A stretch of DNA of 64,000 bases from positions 334,934-398,933 of the forward strand of contig JBFWNU010000004.1 in the NCBI GenBank assembly GCA_050250895.1, written 5' to 3'. The translations under genes were made by a program, and so were the position numbers. Under the pieces are notes generated by a model, which had not been told where the DNA came from, did not search any database, and saw only the letters and a program-made list of their open reading frames with translations. Within the stretch, counting starts at the first letter, position 1. Every line of letters starts with the position of its first letter. Positions 24,502-33,809 of the stretch are shown here, piece after piece. The stretch is from Vulcanimicrobiota bacterium. GTDB taxonomy: Bacteria > Vulcanimicrobiota > Xenobia > Xenobiales > JADMJV01.

Positions 24502-25890
24502 TTAGCGCTCCTCGTCGAGTCGAAGAGTGACTTCAGCCCCGCCGGCCTTCAGGGTGGTCTTGAGACGCTGGCTGCGGCCGCCGGCCTCGACGACGATCTC
24601 ATATTCGCCGAGAAACCCAGGAACGGTGAACTCACCCTGGCTATCGGTGACCCCGTCAGCCCTGGTCCACCAATCGTTATAGACGAGCTGCTTCCAGGTC
24701 GCCAGACCCGGCTTTTCGGTGCCATCCTCACGATAGAAGGGTGAATTGTGGAGCCAGTGCGAGGGCCCGTCGAACCCCCAGACGACGAAGCCGGTCGTGG
24801 CCGGGCTGCTGAAGCAGGCGGTCATGTAGTCGCGCAGGTAATCGGCTTCGAGCTGCTCCAGCTCGGGACCGGGACGGGTCGTTGGAGCCGTCCGCCAGCG
24901 TTGCTCGAAGGTGCCCGTCGCTTGCGAGGCTTGCAGGCGCACGTCGTATTCGGTGACCTCGAGGGCCACGCCCAGGCTCCCGAGTCGCTCGAGCCGGTCG
25001 AGGACCTGGGGAATCCCGGCCAAGGAGCCGATATGGTGAGACTGCAGGCCCAGTCCGTCCACCGGCGCCTGGCGCTTCTGCAACTCTTTCATCAGCTGGG
25101 TTACGGCCACCAGCCGGGACTCTTTCAGGTCACCGCTACAAAGCTTATGCTCGTTGACGAATAGGCGAGCCTCGGGCGCGAATTGGTGGGCCGCCACCAA
25201 CCACTCGGCCGCCCCCGCCGCGCCCAGGCGGGCGAACAGGTCACTGTTATCCGAGGGTTCGTTCAAGACGTCCCAATCATCGATGGCTGCAAACGCCGGA
25301 TCGCCGATGGTCTGCTCGAGATGGTGCCGCACTTGCTGCCGGATCTGCTCATCGGACGTCCCCGCCAACTCCTGGGGAGTCGCCTTCTTGCGGCCCCGGT
25401 TCCAGACCAGCACATGACCCCGCACCCGAAAATCGTTGTCCTTGAGCCATTTGAGGGCTGAAAGCGAGGAGACCTTTCTCTTCTGGACCTTCTCGGGAGT
25501 GTCCCAGGTCCAGTTGTAGAAGACATTCAGGGTCGCATAATTGAAGAGTTCTTTGAGACGCTCACGGTAGACCTCACTCGGCTGGCCGTCGGCCATCAAC
25601 AGTTCGGCGTTGACCTGAGTCCCGAAACGATACGCGTGCCCGGTCATGCGCACCCGGACCCTGGCCCCGCTCAGCGGTCCCGCCTCGTCCTCGACCTTGA
25701 GCTTCAGGTCGGCTTTGCGATACTTCTCGATTCTAGCCTGGGCGGGCCCACGCCAGTCGGCCCGCGGATCGTGCCCCTCGTAGTCGTGGGGAGGATCAGA
25801 ACGAAGCCCCAGCACCAGACCGGTTAGCGACAGACCGGCCAATAAAACCAGGGCTCCCAGGCTCAAAGCACGCCGCGGCCCAAAGCTCAC
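24502..25890 (-). CDS. GH10 (endo-xylanase-like) glycoside hydrolase, membrane anchored
   Basis: RGHVLVW, WDVLNEP, GLGLQSH, VTEYD. Confidence 0.88.
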   Translation of the reverse strand: MSFGPRRALSLGALVLLAGLSLTGLVLGLRSDPPHDYEGHDPRADWRGPAQARIEKYRKADLKLKVEDEAGPLSGARVRVRMTGHAYRFGTQVNAELLMADGQPSEVYRERLKELFNYATLNVFYNWTWDTPEKVQKRKVSSLSALKWLKDNDFRVRGHVLVWNRGRKKATPQELAGTSDEQIRQQVRHHLEQTIGDPAFAAIDDWDVLNEPSDNSDLFARLGAAGAAEWLVAAHQFAPEARLFVNEHKLCSGDLKESRLVAVTQLMKELQKRQAPVDGLGLQSHHIGSLAGIPQVLDRLERLGSLGVALEVTEYDVRLQASQATGTFEQRWRTAPTTRPGPELEQLEADYLRDYMTACFSSPATTGFVVWGFDGPSHWLHNSPFYREDGTEKPGLATWKQLVYNDWWTRADGVTDSQGEFTVPGFLGEYEIVVEAGGRSQRLKTTLKAGGAEVTLRLDEER

Positions 25891-27113
25891 AGGTCGGGCT
25901 CTTTCGCATCGAGCTCGAGGCGCGCTCGGTCCAACCCCTCTCGAAAGAGGGCCCAGGCCAGCGCGAGCATGAAGCCAAAGAGAAAGCCGGCCACGGTCTT
26001 CAAAGCCCCATAGCGCCTGACCGGCTCGACGGGAACAATCGGTTCGTCGATGATACGGTAGGGCGAGGTCACGCTCTTTCCCTGCTCGATCATCTGGGCC
26101 ACCTGCAATTGCTGAACATACTGCTGGAAAATGTGCTCGCGAATGTTGACCTCGCGGGTGAGTTCCCGGTAGCGTTCGGCCTGACGAGGCGTTTGCTTGA
26201 GCAGTGAGGCCTGGGCGGCCGATTCGGCCTGCAACTCGAGCACTTTGGCCTCGAGCCCTGCCTCGCGTGATTTGAGGGCCATCTGCACTTCAAGATTACC
26301 GGACGAGGCGAGTTGACTCCTCACCGCTCGAAGCTCGGCTTCGGCCAGGATGCGCTCGGTGTTGAGCGTGGTCAGGGCGGAGAACTCGCTCTGGCTTTGC
26401 GTCTCGAGGGGAACCACGATCTCTTCGCTCTCGGCAAACTCGCGTAGCTCTCGGATGGCGGCCTCGAGCTCTTGCTTGCTCTGGCGCGTCTCGTCTTCGA
26501 GAAAGGAAGAGCGCGACTGGGTCTCTGTCTGCAGGCGGGCCTCGAGCAGTTGAAAGAACTCGTCGGCGATGGCCTGGGAGAGTTCTGCTGAATCGGTTTC
26601 GACGGTGAAACGGACGGGGGCCAGCAGGGGGGGATGAGGGCCTTCGACTTCGATGGAATCGCGCAAGATCTCCAGGACTTCATCCCGGTTCAAACCGGCG
26701 TCGATCTGCCTTCCTAAGAACCTCTCGTCGGTGGCCAGAGAGAGTTTCTCCATCACGGTCAGGTGCAGGGTCTCGCTTTCGAGGATTGCCGAGACATATT
26801 CACTACCGCCGGTGCTCAGACCGAACATGGCCGCAAACTGCTGAGCCTCGGGCGACATGGTCATGCTCACGGGGCCGGTCACGAAAACGGAGAAACCGCT
26901 GGCGTAATGGCGGGGCGCCAATAAGACGATGGCCGCCACCAGACCCGCGCACAGAAAAGAAGCGAGGAACGTAAAACGCCACCACCGCCTGACAAAGGCA
27001 AGGACCATCGAGGGTGTGATCTCGTCACGGGTCTCGACTGGAGGTGGGGTTCTTTTGGCAGTATCGGTCAATCTCGTCCTTTGGCCGGGTTTGGCGCCAG
27101 CGACGAGTATCAT
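25887..27113 (-). CDS. Polysaccharide co-polymerase (Wzz/GumC-type, no kinase domain)
   Basis: Two TM segments flanking a coiled coil; IDEPIVPVEP motif. Confidence 0.85.
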   Translation of the reverse strand: MILVAGAKPGQRTRLTDTAKRTPPPVETRDEITPSMVLAFVRRWWRFTFLASFLCAGLVAAIVLLAPRHYASGFSVFVTGPVSMTMSPEAQQFAAMFGLSTGGSEYVSAILESETLHLTVMEKLSLATDERFLGRQIDAGLNRDEVLEILRDSIEVEGPHPPLLAPVRFTVETDSAELSQAIADEFFQLLEARLQTETQSRSSFLEDETRQSKQELEAAIRELREFAESEEIVVPLETQSQSEFSALTTLNTERILAEAELRAVRSQLASSGNLEVQMALKSREAGLEAKVLELQAESAAQASLLKQTPRQAERYRELTREVNIREHIFQQYVQQLQVAQMIEQGKSVTSPYRIIDEPIVPVEPVRRYGALKTVAGFLFGFMLALAWALFREGLDRARLELDAKEPDL

Positions 27114-27198
27114 TGTTCATAAGCTTTAGCCGCTCCTGCCATCGAAAGCCGAGCAGAGCGAGAGGACCTGGTCGCGCCAGGAGGAAGCGGGAGCGACC

Positions 27199-28095
27199 AT
27201 GAGGCCGCCTAACTTCTTCGTGATCGGTGCCCCCAAGTGCGGAACGACTTCCCTGGTGGCCTGGCTATCGGACCACGAGCAGGCGTATCTGTCGCCTTCC
27301 AAGGAGCCACGCTACTTCGATCGCGACCTGAAGACCCGGTTTCGCCTCAACAAAAGCCAGTACGCGGCTCTCTTCCAGCAGGTGCGTGAAGAGCACCGAG
27401 CCATCGGAGAGGCGACGGTCCTCTACCTGTATTCAGAAGAGGCCGTGGACAACATCGAACGCGAACTGCCGGGGTCTCGCTATATCGTGATGCTGCGTAA
27501 CCCCATCGACCTCGCCTACTCTCACCATGAGCAGATGACGCTGCATCTGGGCGAGAATCTGCTGGATTTCGAAAGCGCCTGGCGAGCGAGCCCGAGAAGA
27601 CGGCAGGGAAAGGGCGTCAATCCTTTCTTTCTGGCCGAGCCCCGGCTGTTGGACTATCAACGTCTGGGTCAATTGGGAAGTCAACTTGAGGCGGTCTTGC
27701 GCAAAGTCGAGCCAGAGCGCGTGCTGGTCCTGTTCCTCGAGGACCTGGTGAGAAATCCGAGAGCCGAGTATGTCAAAGTCCTCGGCTTTCTAGGCTTGGA
27801 GGACGATGGCAGAACGAGCTTTCCCAAGGAAAATCCGGCCAAGCGCGTCCGTTCACGCTATCTGCAACGCCTGATCACGATGCTCATGAAACTCGAGGTG
27901 GTGGTCCGGGCCCGACTCGGATTTGCCCCCGCCAGCTCAAGACCGCTCAGGGCTCTTAACCTTTGGAACAAGACTCCCCATCCCCGAGAGCCGATGCCTG
28001 CCCGGCTCAGGTCGGAACTCGCTCTGCATTTTCGGGACGAGGTCGCAAAACTCGAGCAGTTGACCGGTCGCGACTTGAGCCACTGGCACCGCTAA
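27199..28095 (+). CDS. PAPS-dependent sulfotransferase
   Basis: PNFFVIGAPKCGTTSL, KEP, LRNPIDLAYS. Confidence 0.92.
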   Translation: MRPPNFFVIGAPKCGTTSLVAWLSDHEQAYLSPSKEPRYFDRDLKTRFRLNKSQYAALFQQVREEHRAIGEATVLYLYSEEAVDNIERELPGSRYIVMLRNPIDLAYSHHEQMTLHLGENLLDFESAWRASPRRRQGKGVNPFFLAEPRLLDYQRLGQLGSQLEAVLRKVEPERVLVLFLEDLVRNPRAEYVKVLGFLGLEDDGRTSFPKENPAKRVRSRYLQRLITMLMKLEVVVRARLGFAPASSRPLRALNLWNKTPHPREPMPARLRSELALHFRDEVAKLEQLTGRDLSHWHR

Positions 28096-29324
28096 GCTGC
28101 TTCTGAGCGGTACCTCGCCCAGACCGCCACGGCCAGATAAGCGGCCAGGAACGCCTCGCAGGCAAGCGTGGCCGACACGGCCCCCTTCCACGAGTAGAGC
28201 GGGATCAAGTAAGCATTGAGGCCGACGTTGAGGACGGCCGTGAGCAGCATGGCTTTGCCACGGCCACGTTGCAGGTCTGCGCCGGTGAGAACAGAGCCGG
28301 CCAGCTCCTGGGCGATTTTCAGGCCGGGCAACAGGCAGAGCAGGTGGACCACCGGGATGGTATCCGAGAACTTCGGCCCTAAAAGGATGGGAATTACCGG
28401 AGCGAGCAGCCACAGAAGCGCCGCCGTTCCGCCAGCGTAGGCCAGGGCCGCTGGAACCAGCCCCCGAGTCAACTTGAGTGCTCCCGCCACTCCCTCGGCC
28501 CCGGCCTGAAAGTATCTTCGATACATGGTACGATTCAAGGCCAACAGGGGGGTCAGGCTGACCTGAACGATCCGATAGGCCGCCCCATACAGTCCCGCCG
28601 CATCGGCCGTGGCCAGCCGCAGCAACATCGCTTTATCGGCATCATTGTTGATCTGTTGGCACGCCTGGGTCATCGAGAAATCGAACCCATCCGACCGGAT
28701 CACCGCAAAGCTAGACCACTCGATGGCGGGGGCGTTGAAATGAAAGCGAATCAGTCCATAGGCCAACAAAGCGGACAACAGTCCGGCCGTGACGTAGAAG
28801 TTCAGGTAAAACGCCGGGGTGGGCGATTCGGCCAGGCAGACGAAGACGATCACGGCCACCAGGCGAAAGGCGAAGGGCAGGTGATTGACCAGAGCGGCCA
28901 TCTTCATGTTGCCGACCGCGTTAAAGGCCAGCGAAAACCCCTCCGCGATCTTGGTAAAGAACAACTCGCTAAACCCGGTGGCCAGCACGATGGCCAGCCC
29001 GAGTTCAGCCGGAAAGAGCCAACGACTGGCGCAGCCGAGCCCCAGACACAGCGCCAGGGCAGCCACGAAATTCAGCAAGACCATGCGCCCGAGGCAAACC
29101 TCTACGCTAGTTTGAGTTCGGGAGACTTCCCTGACCATGAGCTGAGGCGTGCCCAGACTGGAAAAGGGAGCAAGAATCCCAAAGATTGCGATGACCCCGA
29201 TTAAGACACCGTAGTCTGACGGCCCAAAGGTTCGCGCCAGCAACAGGAAGTAAATGGATCGTCCCACCACGTTCGCCACCTGCCCTAAAAGGTTCCAGGT
29301 CATCTCGCGCCGACGACTGGTCAT
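28092..29324 (-). CDS. Wzx-type oligosaccharide flippase
   Basis: Polytopic; ARTFGPSDYG, AGLYGAAYR, LIPxYxxxGA. Confidence 0.88.
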   Translation of the reverse strand: MTSRRREMTWNLLGQVANVVGRSIYFLLLARTFGPSDYGVLIGVIAIFGILAPFSSLGTPQLMVREVSRTQTSVEVCLGRMVLLNFVAALALCLGLGCASRWLFPAELGLAIVLATGFSELFFTKIAEGFSLAFNAVGNMKMAALVNHLPFAFRLVAVIVFVCLAESPTPAFYLNFYVTAGLLSALLAYGLIRFHFNAPAIEWSSFAVIRSDGFDFSMTQACQQINNDADKAMLLRLATADAAGLYGAAYRIVQVSLTPLLALNRTMYRRYFQAGAEGVAGALKLTRGLVPAALAYAGGTAALLWLLAPVIPILLGPKFSDTIPVVHLLCLLPGLKIAQELAGSVLTGADLQRGRGKAMLLTAVLNVGLNAYLIPLYSWKGAVSATLACEAFLAAYLAVAVWARYRSEAA

Positions 29325-30466
29325 GGGACGCGGGGGCCACTCCTTCTAACCTCGTCGTAGATTCTTTCCAGCTTACGAGTCTGGGCCTCGAGGTCAAAGT
29401 TGGCCACGGCATGGTCGCGGGCCGCTCGACTCATGGTTTGCCAGAGCCTGTCGTCGGCGAGCAGTCGCCGACCGAACTCGACGGCCCGCGGGACCGCGTC
29501 TTGAGGGAACAGAAAGCCAGTGCGCTCCTCGGACACCCCTTCGGGGATACCTCCGAGTCGGGTGGCCAAGACCGGCGTGCCGCAGCTTTGGGCCTCGATA
29601 AAGACCAGGCCGAAAGCCTCGACCGCTCCCGAGGGCATCGCCCGACTGGGACCGATCAGGGCTTTGGAGCGCGCCAGCATGGCCCGGATCTCGTCATCGG
29701 GCAGGACGCCCATGAAGTCGGCGTTGCATCCCAGCGACTCGGCTAGCAGCGTCAGGGCGGGTCGTTCGGGACCATCGCCCACAATCTTCAACCGTAGATC
29801 GGCAAAGGTTTGCTGCAGCCGGGCCGCGACCCTGATGGCCACATCGCACCCCTTATCGGGCACCAGCCGCCCCACAAAGGCCAGCCAGTTCTGTCTGGGC
29901 TCGCTCTCGGGCAGGGGCGCAAAGACGTCGGTGTCCACACCGATGTAGTGCGTCTCGAGCAAGGCCGGGGAGAAGCCCTTGCGGATGAGTTCGGTTCGCA
30001 GCGCCTCGGACACGCACAAAATCCGACAAATGGAGCCCGGAAGTCGCCATTTGTTGAGGGCATAGTAGCGACCGAGCCACCCCACTTCTTGGAGCAGAGA
30101 ATGGCGAAAAGCGTCATAACCGTGATAGGTCACGACCAGGGGCAGGCCGAGAGCCCTGGCCAGGGGCAAGGCCAAAAGGCCATTGGGACCGAAGTGGGCG
30201 TGGATGATGGCCGGGTTGCGTCCTCTCAACTCGGCCAGCAGGCGGTGGCTGGGTAGTCCCAACCCGAAGGCCAGAATCCCCAGCCACGATTCGTGCTCGC
30301 ACAGCAACACTGATTCGGCCGTGAGCCAGTCTCTTTGCCCGCCCGGTCGCAGCCCCAGGAAAAGAGGCCGGTAGTCACGCAGCGCCTCTCCCTGTCTCTT
30401 GATAAACGCCTGGGAAAAGGGCAACAGTCTATCGGTGAAGATTATGGCGGTGGGTCGGGCGCTCAA
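29321..30466 (-). CDS. GT4 glycosyltransferase (WcaL/AmsK-like)
   Basis: IHAHFG, VTYHGYD, VGRLVPDKG, EAFGxVxxEAQ; TTG start overlapping the upstream TGA. Confidence 0.88.
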   Translation of the reverse strand: MSARPTAIIFTDRLLPFSQAFIKRQGEALRDYRPLFLGLRPGGQRDWLTAESVLLCEHESWLGILAFGLGLPSHRLLAELRGRNPAIIHAHFGPNGLLALPLARALGLPLVVTYHGYDAFRHSLLQEVGWLGRYYALNKWRLPGSICRILCVSEALRTELIRKGFSPALLETHYIGVDTDVFAPLPESEPRQNWLAFVGRLVPDKGCDVAIRVAARLQQTFADLRLKIVGDGPERPALTLLAESLGCNADFMGVLPDDEIRAMLARSKALIGPSRAMPSGAVEAFGLVFIEAQSCGTPVLATRLGGIPEGVSEERTGFLFPQDAVPRAVEFGRRLLADDRLWQTMSRAARDHAVANFDLEAQTRKLERIYDEVRRSGPRVP

Positions 30467-31698
30467 GGTTGCTCGAGTTGTACACCGGAGACCCCAGCTC
30501 CTGGATTCTGGTCGAGCAGGACCTGGCAGGTCAGGTCGGTGGCATTGGCCGCAACGGCGCCAGGACGGTCCTGGGCCAGGAGGCGGGCCAGCCTGGTTCG
30601 CATGCCCGACAGGCCGGTCGAACCCAAATTCAATCCGGCGCCGAGAGCCTCGAGCCGGGCCGCGTTGTCGGGCTGGTCGTGGGCCATCGGGACCAGCAAC
30701 TGTGGGATCCCGGCCGCCAGCGCCTGAGCCGCGGTGCCGACTCCGCCGTGGTGAATCACCACTCTGGCCCGAGCAAACAAGGCGCCAAAGGGGGCCGTGG
30801 CCACATGGAAAACATCGTCCTCGGGCGCCGTGGGAGGCAGGTGAGGCGATACCAACACCACTCGCAGGTTCAGACTGCGGCAAGTGGCCACCGCCTGCCG
30901 AAAGCTCTCTTGACCGTGCCTTTGCCCGGTGCCAAAGGTGACGACGGCCGGAGCGGGACCGGCCGCCAGAAATGCTTCGAGTTCGGACTGCAGCGATTCG
31001 TCGTCGCCCAACAGAAAGCCGGTCTGAAACCCGGGCCTGGGCCAATCGGCGGCGGGGGCGGCGAACCACCGAGGAAACAACCACAGGTGAATGGCGCCGG
31101 CCTGCATCCAGGCGAGCACCTTGGGGGCCGGGGCCAGGCCTGCGCTCATCCGCACTTCACGGAGGGCGGGCTCTACCAGGCGGTCTATGTTGACTTCGTT
31201 GAGCCGGTAGAAGAGCCAGCGAATCCAACGAGGCATGGGGGTCACCCACTCCCAACCGCAGATCAGGGGCGTGGCCTCGAGGCTGACGATGCCGGCCGGC
31301 GCAAACCAGAGGCAGAAACGGGGCCAATCCAGCAACTCTTGCAGGATGCGTGTGGCCGGAAGGGCCAGATAGGTCGAGACCAACCTCCACTCCTGGGCCC
31401 GGGGCAGCGAAAGTCCCAGCTCTACGATCGGCCGGGTCGCTGGCACCATCAAGCCTTGCAAGACCACTCCGAAAAACCGGCGCGGATGCCAAAAATCGGG
31501 GTTGGATAGGGCGGCATCGTAGAGTTCTCTGGAGAGCACCGAGGTAAAGTCCAGTCCGGCGGCTTCGGCCAGGTCCTGGTAGGGCTCGGGCCCGGCTAGA
31601 ATCACCGTGTGCCCCCGACGGCATAGCTCGCCGCCCAGCCGAATGCACGGCCTGATGTCTCCGCCGGTTCCCAGGGCGACCAACAGAAAATTCACCAA
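30463..31698 (-). CDS. GT1 glycosyltransferase, RhlB-like
   Basis: LGTGGDIRP; HHGGVGT...AGIPQLxxPMAHDQPDNA. Confidence 0.88.
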   Translation of the reverse strand: MVNFLLVALGTGGDIRPCIRLGGELCRRGHTVILAGPEPYQDLAEAAGLDFTSVLSRELYDAALSNPDFWHPRRFFGVVLQGLMVPATRPIVELGLSLPRAQEWRLVSTYLALPATRILQELLDWPRFCLWFAPAGIVSLEATPLICGWEWVTPMPRWIRWLFYRLNEVNIDRLVEPALREVRMSAGLAPAPKVLAWMQAGAIHLWLFPRWFAAPAADWPRPGFQTGFLLGDDESLQSELEAFLAAGPAPAVVTFGTGQRHGQESFRQAVATCRSLNLRVVLVSPHLPPTAPEDDVFHVATAPFGALFARARVVIHHGGVGTAAQALAAGIPQLLVPMAHDQPDNAARLEALGAGLNLGSTGLSGMRTRLARLLAQDRPGAVAANATDLTCQVLLDQNPGAGVSGVQLEQP

Positions 31699-31794
31699 CC
31701 CAGGGCTGCCTGTTCGTTAGCGGTCTCATTCGCAGGCCTGGCTCGGTGGGGGTCGAAGGTCGCCCCCAGTCCACAGGTAGGCCGGCGATCCCAG

Positions 31795-33063
31795 GTGTTA
31801 GCAGTCACGCCTTTTGAAAAACTCTTCCTCTATTGCGACGAGGTCGCGGGCCCGACGGCCTTCGAGATCGGGCTCGAATTTACCGCTGACTTCGACCACC
31901 AGAAACTGACCGCGGCTCTCGACCGGGCCGTGACGCGCCACCCGATGCTCTCGGCCCGCATCGAAGAGCATCGCGGGCGGTTGGTCTGGGTGCCTCAGCC
32001 TGAATACCACGTTCCGCTCTTGCCGCCCGCTACCGGCAACCTCCTTTCGCCCTTGCACGGGGGCGGAGTGCGAGTTCGGCTTTCTGACCTGGGGCCGGGC
32101 ACGCGTCTGCTCTTCGAGATTCATCACAGTTGCTGTGATGGCCGAGGGGCGTTCTTGTTTCTGGACGACTTTCTCCAGGACTACCACGAACTCTGCGGCG
32201 GCGCCGCCCGACGCCGCCCCAAAAGAGATCTGTCGGTACTGGAAAGGAGGGGGCAGGTCGAGGTTTCGGAGACCAGCCTCGAACTTTCCCTGTGGCTGAG
32301 GCTGCGCCTAGCCTGGGACTTTCTGAGCACTCGGCCCCAGGGCTTTGGCGATGTGAAGCGACCAGCTCGGTCGCACCGCCCGTTCTCTCAGCAGCTGTTT
32401 TCGCCAGCCCTGAGTTCGCTCATCGACAGCCGCCTGGCTGGCTCAGGGGCCAATCTTAACGACCTCGGTCTGGCCTTGCTGCTGCGGACGCTGGCCTCTA
32501 CCTCGTCCTCCTCCCAGCCGCTGCGACTGCTGGTGCCGACCAGCCTGCGTCGCCTCTCTGACTTCAGGGCCGGGGCCAGCCACCGCACCAGCTTCGCCTT
32601 TCTCACCCGGGCCCCACACGATTGCCTCGGCGGCTTTGCCGACCTGCTCGAGTGGACCGTGGGCGAGACTCGCTTCATCAAAGCGGCCCGTCCCGACTAC
32701 ACCACCGTGTTGGGCGTGAATCTGCTCGAGCGATTGCGCCTGCTCCGTCGCTTCTTGAGCTGGCCCCAGGCCCGCAACACGGCCGTGCTCTCTTTCATGG
32801 ACGATGTCACCCGACTCCTCTCGCTCAAGCGTTTTCCCAGTTCTGCCCAGGGTGTGGGCATTGGCGACCAGGTGTTGAGCGGAGTCTTCGGCGTGCCCCC
32901 CACCCGACCGGGCACGAGTCTCAGCTTTGGCCTGGGCCGCTTCCAGGGGCGCGTCAACGTCTGTCTGAAGGGGGAGCCCCAGGTGGTGTCCGAGCAACTC
33001 GAAGCCCAGCTCATGGCGGCCTATACCAAAGGTTGGCAGGCTTGGGCCGAGGGCGCTCTCTAG
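31795..33063 (+). CDS. Stand-alone condensation-domain/CoA-dependent acyltransferase
   Basis: RHPML; IHHSCCDG (HHxxxDG). Confidence 0.78.
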   Translation: MLAVTPFEKLFLYCDEVAGPTAFEIGLEFTADFDHQKLTAALDRAVTRHPMLSARIEEHRGRLVWVPQPEYHVPLLPPATGNLLSPLHGGGVRVRLSDLGPGTRLLFEIHHSCCDGRGAFLFLDDFLQDYHELCGGAARRRPKRDLSVLERRGQVEVSETSLELSLWLRLRLAWDFLSTRPQGFGDVKRPARSHRPFSQQLFSPALSSLIDSRLAGSGANLNDLGLALLLRTLASTSSSSQPLRLLVPTSLRRLSDFRAGASHRTSFAFLTRAPHDCLGGFADLLEWTVGETRFIKAARPDYTTVLGVNLLERLRLLRRFLSWPQARNTAVLSFMDDVTRLLSLKRFPSSAQGVGIGDQVLSGVFGVPPTRPGTSLSFGLGRFQGRVNVCLKGEPQVVSEQLEAQLMAAYTKGWQAWAEGAL

Positions 33064-33809
33064 AGCAGGCTGATACCGCCGTCCACCACCAGCGTCTGGC
33101 CCTGAATCAGGTCGGCCAGGGGGCTCGACAGAAACAGGACACTGTCGGCCACATCGTCACAGGTCAGCTTCCGTCCGGCCGTGAGCAGGTGCTGGTCGAC
33201 TGTTTCGAAGAGAGCCTCGGGCAAGGCTTTAGTCGATTGGGTTCGCACCAGCCCGGCCAGCACGACATTGAAATTGATCTGCGGAAACTCCAGAGCCAGG
33301 TGACGCGTCAGGCTCTCCAAAGCAGCTTTCGAAGCCCCGATCATGCCATAGTTCTCGATGGCTTTGCGAGCTCCGTGGCTCGACAGGCTCACCACCTTGG
33401 GTCGTCCCGAACCGGCTTGCATCCAGGGCAAGGCGGCCTGCACCAGACTCACCAGGGCCATGGCGTTGACGTTCATGGTGGTCTTGAACTGCTCCGGAGT
33501 GATCGAGCGCAGCGAGTGAAAACCGCCCCGGGCCACATTGCTCACCAGGATGTCCAGTCGGCCGAATCGTTGACCCACAAAGTCGAGCATGGCCTCAATG
33601 TCCTCGGCTTCGCCGATGTCGGCTTTGACCACCACCGCGTCTCGGCCCAATTGCTGCACCTCTTCGGCCACCTGCTCGGCGGCCCTGGGCGAGGCCAGAT
33701 AGTTGATGACCACGTCGGCCCCGGCCCGAGCCAGCTTGAGGGCGCAGGCCCTCCCGATGCCGCGCGAGGCTCCCGTGACCAGCGCCACCTTTCCGTCCAA
33801 TTCGATCAT
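33060..33809 (-). CDS. SDR enoyl-ACP reductase (FabL-like)
   Basis: TGASRGIG; NYGMIGASKAALE (Yx6K). Confidence 0.82.
   Translation of the reverse strand: MIELDGKVALVTGASRGIGRACALKLARAGADVVINYLASPRAAEQVAEEVQQLGRDAVVVKADIGEAEDIEAMLDFVGQRFGRLDILVSNVARGGFHSLRSITPEQFKTTMNVNAMALVSLVQAALPWMQAGSGRPKVVSLSSHGARKAIENYGMIGASKAALESLTRHLALEFPQINFNVVLAGLVRTQSTKALPEALFETVDQHLLTAGRKLTCDDVADSVLFLSSPLADLIQGQTLVVDGGISLL

Noticed and set aside
30467-31084. 205-aa N-terminal extension of the GT4 ORF; similar extensions on 22518-23546 and 12499-14769
   Set aside because: They overlap real neighbouring genes; downstream starts give normal coupling
31795-33063. NRPS module
   Set aside because: Only a lone HHxxxDG domain, with no adenylation or carrier domain; an acyltransferase role is more likely
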